From: an uncultured archaeon
GTDB lineage: Archaea > Iainarchaeota > Iainarchaeia > Iainarchaeales > CSSED10-239
Assembly (NCBI GenBank): GCA_964463155.1
Contig: CAYXAY010000023.1
Coordinates: 1,166-11,300 of the forward strand
Direction of reading: 5' to 3'
DNA length: 10,135 nucleotides
Shown here: positions 1 to 7,132 of the stretch, piece by piece
Position numbering within the stretch: the stretch's first letter is position 1
Layout of the letters: the number at the start of each line of letters is the position of its first letter
Translations under genes and position numbers: made by a program
Notes under the pieces: model-generated
What the model saw: only the letters and a program-made list of their open reading frames with translations
Told to the model about the DNA's origin: nothing
Databases searched by the model: none

Positions 1-592
1 TTAAAAACATATCAATCAATATTAAAATATTTATCTTATATCTTTTTGTAAAAAGCTTCATGATTTCTTCAATAATCTCTGATTTTTCTTCTTCATTTTC
101 AACTTCTGACATAAGTTTGTTAATGTTTATTTTTTCGATTTCTTTTTTTGGAATGAATAGCCCTCCAAAAACAATCTTTATCTTTTCTTTAACTGTTAGT
201 CTTTTTAGAATCTTTTGAAGAGTGATATTGATATCTCTATCAACAAGATAAACCCTTGCACCAACTTCTTTAGCGGCCTCAATTGCAGAAAGCATCTCTT
301 GTCCAGGGGAAATATTGAATTTTTTTGCAATATTTTTCTGCAAGCCTCCAAGAATGTAATTTAGAAGAAAAACGGACTTATGTTTGGACTTGAAGATATC
401 AGAAAATTTTGCTTTTTTAAGCTTATCAGGATGTAATAATGCCTCTAGTCTTTTAGGATCAAGTTCAACACACACAGCAGCTGGTCTTTTATCTAAGATT
501 ATCTCTTTTACTTGGTCTCTATTTTTTGCAGAAACATGTGCGGTTCCAACAATTGTTATGTGTTTATTTCTAAAATACAGTTCTTTAATCAT
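1..592 (-). CDS. TraB/PrgY-family protein, N-terminal ~197 codons; the ORF continues beyond the left edge of the window
   Basis: Manual reverse-complement translation from the ATG at 592..590 gives MIKELYFRNKHITIVGTAHVSAKNRDQVKEIILDKRPAAVCVELDPKRLEALLHPDKLKKAKFSDIFKSKHKSVFLLNYILGGLQKNIAKKFNISPGQEMLSAIEAAKEVGARVYLVDRDINITLQKILKRL... with no stop down to position 1. The ORF track omits it because no stop lies in the window. 'VGTAHVS', then 'V.VELD..R', then 'L.DRDI.IT..R' is the N-terminal signature of the TraB/PrgY family as I know it. Confidence 0.75.
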   Translation of the reverse strand, partial: MIKELYFRNKHITIVGTAHVSAKNRDQVKEIILDKRPAAVCVELDPKRLEALLHPDKLKKAKFSDIFKSKHKSVFLLNYILGGLQKNIAKKFNISPGQEMLSAIEAAKEVGARVYLVDRDINITLQKILKRLTVKEKIKIVFGGLFIPKKEIEKININKLMSEVENEEEKSEIIEEIMKLFTKRYKINILILIDMFL

Positions 593-602
593 AACCAAAA
601 CA

Positions 603-650
603 TTTTAAATATATAATATATAATATTATTGTACAATAAACCATTTAAAC
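603..650. promoter_or_regulatory. Divergent AT-rich promoter region between the TraB-like gene and the surface-protein gene; contains tandem TATATAA heptamers
   Basis: This 69-nt intergenic spacer separates divergent starts at 592 (-) and 662 (+). TATATAA occurs in tandem at 610-616 and 617-623, and TTTAAA elements lie at 604-609 and 644-649. The heptamers sit ~18-31 nt upstream of the minus-strand ATG, which fits an archaeal TATA box driving a leaderless or short-leader mRNA. Which element serves the plus-strand gene is unclear. Confidence 0.35.
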
Positions 651-661
651 TGTGTTAATTT

Positions 662-3600
662 ATGCGTTTGTCAAAAATATTATTAACTCTAATAATTTTA
701 ATAGGAATAAGTTCCCCAATCTTTGCATACACAATAAACACCCTCGCATTTTCGGATAATTACATCAATTCAACAAAGAGAGTTTATTTTAATGGAACAG
801 CAACAGGCGATGGCCCATTAGAATTGAATATTTATTCTCAAAAGGATGTGACCGGAATAGATTTTAATGTAGATGTGGCAAGCGGTAATTTCTCAGGAAG
901 TTTTAATGTTTCACTTACAGCAACACAGTCAAGTCTAAATGGCACAGTACCAACAATTGTTTCAAATACAGCAGACACAATAACCATAAAAGACAAATTA
1001 TTCCCAAGCACCTGGTCAATGAAAATGGACTCTATCTCCCCAGTAAGTTCTCCAAATGTCACAGTCAGCGCATTATCGCAAAATCATCAGTATTTCTATT
1101 CCAAAGATATTAATGTATCTTATGGCGCAATAACAGATGCTGATAATTATATTGATAAATACATAACATATCTAGTAACAGTTTCCAATCTAAGCAATTA
1201 CAGAACAAACTATACAAAAAGATATATTGATTCAAACACAACATTTTCAAGAACAATAAATTCTATTTCTGAAAATATTTCTGATGGCAACTATTATGTT
1301 TTGGTTGATGCAAATGATGTGGCTGGGAATTTCTGTAATTTATCAGAAGTGACACAAAAAAAACAATTGGTTTATTTTGATAATTCTAAACCAGGCAACC
1401 TTAATGTAAATCTTGGAACACTAACAAATAACAGAATATATGTAAAAACAAGAACATTTAACTTGAATGTTACTTTGACGGACGCCTCTGGAATAAAGTC
1501 TGAATCAACATTAGTATTGACACTCCCAAATTCCACACCAATAATTAAAAATTATATAAGTGGTTTTGCAATAACGTCAGGAGAATTAGGTAGTTGGGAA
1601 GATGGAAATATTTTCAGAATATCAATTGATGCAAATGATAATCTCAATAACAATTACACATATGATTTTAATATAATTGTTGATGCAACAGCTCCAACAA
1701 AACCAAACAGAAATACTCTAGCAATAGAAGATGTTGACAAAAATGTGACAATCACTTGGCAAGCAGGAGCATCACTCGATTCAGCATCTGGTCTTGCAGA
1801 ATACAGGGTATACAAAAGCGCATCAAACTTTACAACAATAACTAACCAAGAATTAGTATGTACTGTAGGCACAACAACCTACACCTGTAAAGACTCTGAT
1901 GACAAGGAGTTAGATAATAGAATATATTATGGTCTTGTTGGTATAGATTATGCAGAAAACATAAGTGATGCAAACACCCAATCTGTCTGGACAGGTCCTG
2001 ATTGTGATTTAACAATTAATGATGATGATGATGATTATACAAGTTTAGCAAATGTTCTTTTAGAAATTGATTATTCAGATGATGTTAATGAGATGGCTAT
2101 AAGTTGTAACACAAGTTTTCCAGCCTATCTAGAAGCAGACAACGATTATAATTTTAATATAACAACAGGAAGAGGCTGTAACACTAAAAACGAGAAAAAA
2201 ACAGTTTATGTAAAAGTTAAAAGCAAAAATGATACCACAAGAACAAGCATCTGTTCATCAGACATTTATTTTGATAGCCTTGCTCCAACAACCCCGACAA
2301 ACCTTGTAGCCACAACAATGGCTGATGGTTCTGTAAGATTAACATGGACTGCAAGCGAAGACATTAACACAGATTCAGACATCACTTACAGAATATATTA
2401 TTCCTATACCAACAACGTAACAACATCTTCAACTTACAAAGCATCGTCAACGAACAATCACACTTACCGTTCTAACAGATCTACAACACTTTACTTTAGA
2501 GTAAGCGCGCTTGATGAAAGGAACAACGAGTCAGGATTAAGTTCAACCGTTTCAGGCATACTGCGAAAAATAGGTCCAAGCTTTACAATAACTTTTGTGC
2601 CTTTAGTAAATGATGTGAATGGAACACATTATGTTGGCGCCGGATCTCGAACTATCAACTTTGAAAGTGATGAAAGTCTTTTAGGCAACCCTGTAGTTAG
2701 CCTAAAACAATCAACAAACAATTTTGTAAACCTTACTTCAACATATGACAATTCCACAAAGAAAGGTCAAGCTATATTTGAGTTTATAAAATCCGGAGAC
2801 GGAATAATAAAGATTATTGGAACTAACACAAAAAACGAACAATCAACAACAGAATATCTCTTTACAATTGATGTTGTTGGTCCAACAGATTTTAATTATG
2901 GTTATGTGATTCAAAACCCAACAACCTATAATCTTTGGGTATCAAACCTTCCAACAGATATCTTTAAAGTTGAATACATATTAAACAACACAACAGAAAT
3001 TTGTAAAAAACAACAAGTCACAGACTACAATTGTATATATGATGCAAATACGACACCAGATGGCAACCACACAATGAATATAAGAGTTTATGACAAAGCA
3101 TTAAACTTTAAAGAAAAAACATTTTCATTTGTCCTAGACAACATTGACGAAGATAAGGTGGCTTGTGATGATTTGAGAAAAGAAATATCCAAGAGACTAA
3201 ATTTAATATTAGTCAATCTTGATTTATACCGGGCAGTAGACATTTATAAGACAATGGACAAAACAATAAATGATAAAATTGCACTCGTCAATTCCAAAAG
3301 GACCACAGCTGACGAAAGATATGCTCAAGGAAGCTATGCCTCTGCAAAGGATGCCTATCAACTTGCAAAAAACGAAATAATCTTAATAGAGGACATGTTG
3401 CCGCCAATAACAATTGTAAAAACAGGAACAACCAGATTTGTCTTTGATGGCAACACCAGTGTAAGAACAGATGTTTTTCTGGACAAAAATTTTTCAGACA
3501 AAACAAAAGAACTATATTCCCAAAACATAATCACAGCTGACAGAAATTTTGAGGTCTTAAAAATAGGAAACCAAAACTTCTTTTCAGTAACTTTGTCAAT

Positions 3601-4186
3601 CAACAGCAATAGCGATAAGGAAAAAACTATCACAATAATTGAAGAAATTCCAAAACCTTTTGCAAACAATATTTCAAAGATTACTTTTGACAAGAAAATA
3701 GAGGTTTTACTAAAAAACCCAGTAGTCAAATACACAACAACAATTCCAGCAAACTCTTCTGAAACAATAACATATAGATCATTAACACCAATAACACTTG
3801 TTGACATGGTAACAAAATACAATGCAGTCAGTTTTTCTGCACCAATAATAATTGATGGTAATATTTCCAACATCTATTTAAACATAAAAAAGCCAGTCAA
3901 CACAACATTGCTTATTTATATTTTCTCAATAATCATTTTGGTCATCATAATTATAGTAATAATAAGTGCAATTACAAGTTATCAAAAACAAAGCACGGCA
4001 GTAAAACCTGACTCCAAAAAGATAATGTACGATTATCTGGGGGTTATGGAAAACAACGCGGCAGTTCAAGAAAAGCAAAAAGCAGAAGAGCAAAAAACAA
4101 AAACAGAGGCCGAAAAGAAAAAAGACAATGGCGATAAGTTCAATGAGGACTATCAGTATATTCTTTCTGCAATTAAAAAAAGATAA
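662..4186 (+). CDS. Large (1174 aa) type I membrane cell-surface protein with multiple Ig-like/fibronectin-III-like modules; candidate glycosylated S-layer-like protein or adhesin
   Basis: This is the longest uninterrupted ORF in the window. It has a signal peptide, MRLSKILLTLIILIGISSPIFA|YT. Two clear FN3-like modules start at APTKPN (nt ~1691) and APTTPTNL (nt ~2282), with the patterns VTITW...YRVY and VRLTW...YRIYY...FRVSALD. Recurrent Ig-module endings of the 'D.aGN' type occur (VLVDANDVAGNF, ISIDANDNLNNN, VGIDYAENIS, VSALDERNNES, IRVYDKALNF), each followed by an FD/ID..P linker, which suggests ~8 beta-sandwich modules. A helical segment spans aa ~830-912. An unassigned beta-rich domain spans aa ~913-1081. 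A single C-terminal TM helix, TLLIYIFSIIILVIIIIVIISAITS, lies at nt 3905-3979. A 68-aa K/E-rich tail follows. By hand I count ~37 N-x-S/T sequons in the ectodomain. Confidence 0.85.
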   Translation: MRLSKILLTLIILIGISSPIFAYTINTLAFSDNYINSTKRVYFNGTATGDGPLELNIYSQKDVTGIDFNVDVASGNFSGSFNVSLTATQSSLNGTVPTIVSNTADTITIKDKLFPSTWSMKMDSISPVSSPNVTVSALSQNHQYFYSKDINVSYGAITDADNYIDKYITYLVTVSNLSNYRTNYTKRYIDSNTTFSRTINSISENISDGNYYVLVDANDVAGNFCNLSEVTQKKQLVYFDNSKPGNLNVNLGTLTNNRIYVKTRTFNLNVTLTDASGIKSESTLVLTLPNSTPIIKNYISGFAITSGELGSWEDGNIFRISIDANDNLNNNYTYDFNIIVDATAPTKPNRNTLAIEDVDKNVTITWQAGASLDSASGLAEYRVYKSASNFTTITNQELVCTVGTTTYTCKDSDDKELDNRIYYGLVGIDYAENISDANTQSVWTGPDCDLTINDDDDDYTSLANVLLEIDYSDDVNEMAISCNTSFPAYLEADNDYNFNITTGRGCNTKNEKKTVYVKVKSKNDTTRTSICSSDIYFDSLAPTTPTNLVATTMADGSVRLTWTASEDINTDSDITYRIYYSYTNNVTTSSTYKASSTNNHTYRSNRSTTLYFRVSALDERNNESGLSSTVSGILRKIGPSFTITFVPLVNDVNGTHYVGAGSRTINFESDESLLGNPVVSLKQSTNNFVNLTSTYDNSTKKGQAIFEFIKSGDGIIKIIGTNTKNEQSTTEYLFTIDVVGPTDFNYGYVIQNPTTYNLWVSNLPTDIFKVEYILNNTTEICKKQQVTDYNCIYDANTTPDGNHTMNIRVYDKALNFKEKTFSFVLDNIDEDKVACDDLRKEISKRLNLILVNLDLYRAVDIYKTMDKTINDKIALVNSKRTTADERYAQGSYASAKDAYQLAKNEIILIEDMLPPITIVKTGTTRFVFDGNTSVRTDVFLDKNFSDKTKELYSQNIITADRNFEVLKIGNQNFFSVTLSINSNSDKEKTITIIEEIPKPFANNISKITFDKKIEVLLKNPVVKYTTTIPANSSETITYRSLTPITLVDMVTKYNAVSFSAPIIIDGNISNIYLNIKKPVNTTLLIYIFSIIILVIIIIVIISAITSYQKQSTAVKPDSKKIMYDYLGVMENNAAVQEKQKAEEQKTKTEAEKKKDNGDKFNEDYQYILSAIKKR

Positions 4187-4188
4187 AC

Positions 4189-5373
4189 ATGATAAAAGGA
4201 TTAGAAACTAGAATTGTTGTTGTTGGCGGAGGGCCAACAGGTTTATATTGCGCATATCTGATTAAAAGATTTAATCCAAATATTTTAGTTACATTAATAG
4301 AAAACGACAAAGAAATAGGCATTTCAGTATCCTGCGCAGGACATGTCTCAATTGTAGGCCTAAAAAAACTAAAGTTAACTCCTTTTCTTGATATTGATAG
4401 ATTAGTGGTTAATAGAATAAGAGGAGCAAGAATACATGGCCCAAACAAGGCAGAGCTTGAGTTTAGAACAAAAAGATTCCAAACAGTAGTTCTTAACAGA
4501 CACATATTTGACAAAGAAATTGAAAAGCTTGCAAGAAATGTGGGGGTAGAGATTCTTTTAGGTCACCAAGTAGTAAGTGTTCAAAATGATTCTGTTGCAG
4601 TAAACATAATTGATGAAAACAGACTAGTCTATATTGATTACACATACTTGATAGGAGCAGATGGTCCAAACTCAATAGTAAGAGCCAGCTTCTTTGAAAA
4701 ACTAGACAAAGAGGATTTCATAACAACCTATCAAGTGACAGCAAACGGCGATTTCACAAAGGATATGGTTGATTTGTATTTTGGCGATTTTTCAAAAAAC
4801 TTCTTTGCCTGGGTCGTTCCAGAATCATACACAATTGCAAGAATTGGAATTGGTGTGCCACTTGGCAAAAACCCTAAAGAGGCCTTTGATCAATTTTTGG
4901 GGAAATCAAACCTAAAACTCACAAACACAAAATTTTCAGCATCTGGAATAATTCCTGTTGCAAAGCCGTTGAAAAGTTATATAGATAAAAACAAGCTTTT
5001 GATAGGTGACGCCGCATGTTTTGTTAAGGCAACAAGCGGAGGCGGAATTATCTTTGGTCTATCTAGTGCAGAATGTGCAGCAAGAGCAATAACTGACAGA
5101 TTGAAAAAATTCAAAAAAGTTGATAACTACAATAAACATTTAAGAACTTTGTTGATGGAACTAAACATACATTACAAACTGCACAAATATATGAATAAAA
5201 AAACAAGTTCTGAATTCGACACATTACTTTTGAAACTAAAAGAAGCAGGCATAGAAAATTTCTTGAATAACAATGGCAACATAGATTATCCAAGCGAGTT
5301 TATACTAAAATTGATTTTATATCCTAAATTTTTATTATTCTATAAGGAAATAATCAAAATTATTAAATCTTAA
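4189..5373 (+). CDS. Geranylgeranyl reductase family FAD-dependent oxidoreductase (probable digeranylgeranylglycerophospholipid reductase)
   Basis: 394-aa ORF starting 2 nt after the upstream stop. It has an N-terminal Rossmann dinucleotide motif, RIVVVGGGPTGLYCAY. It also carries LIGADGPNSIVR (the GADG.nS.vR motif), FFAWVVPES (the counterpart of the GGR Y.W.FP motif) and LLIGDAACFVKATSGGGI (the GDAA....p..GGGI motif). This order and spacing is typical of archaeal GGR-family enzymes. Confidence 0.85.
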   Translation: MIKGLETRIVVVGGGPTGLYCAYLIKRFNPNILVTLIENDKEIGISVSCAGHVSIVGLKKLKLTPFLDIDRLVVNRIRGARIHGPNKAELEFRTKRFQTVVLNRHIFDKEIEKLARNVGVEILLGHQVVSVQNDSVAVNIIDENRLVYIDYTYLIGADGPNSIVRASFFEKLDKEDFITTYQVTANGDFTKDMVDLYFGDFSKNFFAWVVPESYTIARIGIGVPLGKNPKEAFDQFLGKSNLKLTNTKFSASGIIPVAKPLKSYIDKNKLLIGDAACFVKATSGGGIIFGLSSAECAARAITDRLKKFKKVDNYNKHLRTLLMELNIHYKLHKYMNKKTSSEFDTLLLKLKEAGIENFLNNNGNIDYPSEFILKLILYPKFLLFYKEIIKIIKS

Positions 5374-5376
5374 ACA

Positions 5377-5380
5377 GGAG
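5377..5380 (+). promoter_or_regulatory. Shine-Dalgarno-like GGAG, 9 nt upstream of the 5390 ATG
   Basis: The sequence is caGGAGaagataaatATG within a 16-nt intergenic gap. Confidence 0.5.
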
Positions 5381-5389
5381 AAGATAAAT

Positions 5390-7132
5390 ATGAATAAATT
5401 TACAATATTTTTTGTGTTTCTTTTGTGTTTAGGCACTTTAAATTTTATTAGCGCCCAAGAGAACATACAAGCCATGACTGGCCAAGCAAGCGTTACTGCC
5501 GCATCAACTAGTAACGCTAATCCACAGATAGTCTCCGAAAAAAAAGAATGTCAAGAAGAGGTAAATGCTATTGGAAGGCGAATAGTTGAAATAAGAAAAG
5601 CATATCTTGATGAATTGTTAGGTATGTATCCAACTTATTCTCTTGTAGCAAGAGAATATTTTACTGCATTAAAATCATACAAAGAATGTTTATCACAAAG
5701 AACCGCACAAAAGATAACAAGCTCAGGAATTACAGCAAATATTGTTGTTGCGGATGTGGCAATGACAAATAGTTGGGCAAGTAATAATTTGCCAGTTACA
5801 GAAAATGCAGGTAATGGAATAGTGCCAACAATAGACACTCCTGCAGAATATATTGCTGCCGAAAAAATGGCAAACAATATGGAAAGAGAGATTGAAGAAG
5901 TGCCCGAAACCAATCTAGAAATGTGTAAGGAACAAAGAATATTGGTAAAAACAAAGGTAGCTATTGTAAGACAGGAGATATCAAAGATAAAGGCACTTAA
6001 AGAAAAATATAAAGTAGATTTTGAAAAGGTAGAGAAATTAAGAGCACAAAGACAAGAAATAATAAAAAGATGTTACCCTCAATTGTCTGTAGTCATAAAA
6101 CCAGAATGTGCTGTTTCTGAAGAAATGCTTGCAAAACAAAAAGAACTTCAAAAAAAGATTGTTGCATTACAATCAGAATTTATAACCCCACAAGCCACTA
6201 GCAAAAAAGAGTTCATGGCAGAGTATAAAAAGGTAAAGGAAGAACACAGGCTAGTTACTGAAAAAATAAACACTATAAAAAATGAATGCCAACAAAGGTC
6301 ACAAATAATCTCCAATATAGATTATTGTTCAGAAAACGCAGAGCAATTAAAAATCATGGAACAATTAAAACAGAAACTAGTAAATGCAATAGATGAAACA
6401 GAGATATATGAGCTTAAGACAAAAATGGCATATTATCAGCAAAAAATCAATAATACAAAATGCATATCGCGGCCAACAACAGAGAAACCATTAACAGAAA
6501 TTGAAATGTATAAAAAACAAATACAGGAACTAAAAGCACAGATACATAAAAAGGATTTAGAAATAAGAAAATTAAAAGAATCAATCGAAGCAATAAGATT
6601 GGAACTTAAAAACGCAGGACAAGAAAGGAAGGCAGAGGTTTTAGCACAAAATGCAGATAAGATCCTTGAGCACACAAGAGAAATCCTTGAAAAAAGAATC
6701 GCGGAATTAAAGGAAAAGATCAGTTCAATTGAAGCATCAACAGAAATTACAACAGAAGAGAAAACCAAAATCATAGATAAAATAAACCAAAGAATTGCTG
6801 AACTTGAAATGATAAAATCAAAGCTTACAGAAGCATCAACCCCCCAGGAACTAAGACAAATAATAAACGCAGCAAGAAAAAGTGAAGAAAAGGCAATTAT
6901 TGAAAACAAGATTGCTACCTTAAAGAAAAGCATTTCAAAGCTAGCAAATATCATAGAAACGCACTTTGTAAATTCTGAAAATTATGAACGCTATAAAATT
7001 GAAATTGACAATATTTCAACAAAGACATCAGAATTAACTTCACAATCAAGCAAAAAAAAAATTGATACAATAGTTTATGAATACAAAGAGTTAAAGCAAA
7101 AAATAGTAAGCGAGGCGGAAAGCAATGAATAA
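5390..7132 (+). CDS. Secreted K/E-rich coiled-coil protein (580 aa) with eight regularly spaced cysteines in the N-terminal two-thirds; no family assignable
   Basis: Signal peptide MNKFTIFFVFLLCLGTLNFISA|QE, followed by no further hydrophobic segment. Long heptad-like K/E/I/L-rich stretches are present, for example KKQIQELKAQIHKKDLEIRKLKESIEAIRLELK. Cys residues are at aa 54, 100, 179, 228, 240, 300, 313 and 358, with none after 358. An SD-like GGAG lies upstream. Confidence 0.8.
   Translation: MNKFTIFFVFLLCLGTLNFISAQENIQAMTGQASVTAASTSNANPQIVSEKKECQEEVNAIGRRIVEIRKAYLDELLGMYPTYSLVAREYFTALKSYKECLSQRTAQKITSSGITANIVVADVAMTNSWASNNLPVTENAGNGIVPTIDTPAEYIAAEKMANNMEREIEEVPETNLEMCKEQRILVKTKVAIVRQEISKIKALKEKYKVDFEKVEKLRAQRQEIIKRCYPQLSVVIKPECAVSEEMLAKQKELQKKIVALQSEFITPQATSKKEFMAEYKKVKEEHRLVTEKINTIKNECQQRSQIISNIDYCSENAEQLKIMEQLKQKLVNAIDETEIYELKTKMAYYQQKINNTKCISRPTTEKPLTEIEMYKKQIQELKAQIHKKDLEIRKLKESIEAIRLELKNAGQERKAEVLAQNADKILEHTREILEKRIAELKEKISSIEASTEITTEEKTKIIDKINQRIAELEMIKSKLTEASTPQELRQIINAARKSEEKAIIENKIATLKKSISKLANIIETHFVNSENYERYKIEIDNISTKTSELTSQSSKKKIDTIVYEYKELKQKIVSEAESNE
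7112..7115 (+). promoter_or_regulatory. Shine-Dalgarno-like GAGG, 9 nt upstream of the 7125 ATG, inside the 3' end of the preceding gene
   Basis: The sequence is cGAGGcggaaagcaATGaaTAA. The 9-nt spacing matches that of the GGAG in front of 5390. Confidence 0.4.

Noticed and set aside
384-608. 74-aa plus-strand ORF from the track
   Set aside because: It lies entirely antisense to the well-supported TraB-family ORF (1-592, minus strand). It has low-complexity S/L/F composition and no motif.
838-3873. Minus-strand ORFs 838-1062, 1654-1872, 3288-3506 and 3358-3873 inside the giant surface-protein gene
   Set aside because: All are antisense shadows of a 1174-codon ORF that has clear domain grammar. 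Their hydrophobic I/F/L/S-rich products are what complementing AAN/GAN-rich codons would produce.
3905-4186. PGF-CTERM / archaeosortase-type C-terminal sorting signal on the giant protein
   Set aside because: There is no PGF motif, and the TM helix is followed by a 68-aa charged tail rather than a short basic stub.
4173-5293. Minus-strand ORFs 4173-4514, 4493-4675 and 5111-5293
   Set aside because: They are antisense to the GGR-family gene, whose motifs are intact along its whole length. They have no start context or motifs of their own.
5390-5461. Lipobox in the coiled-coil protein signal peptide (FLLC at aa 10-13)
   Set aside because: The residues before the Cys (L-L) do not fit the [LVI][ASTVI][GAS]C lipobox. 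An A-x-A-like signal-peptidase I site (ISA|QE) follows.
5635-6954. Minus-strand ORFs 5635-5913 and 6436-6954 (the latter 172 aa and very hydrophobic)
   Set aside because: This is a typical antisense artefact of K/E-rich coiled-coil coding sequence, where AAR/GAR codons complement to F/L/S codons. The sense ORF has a signal peptide, an SD site and a long uninterrupted frame.
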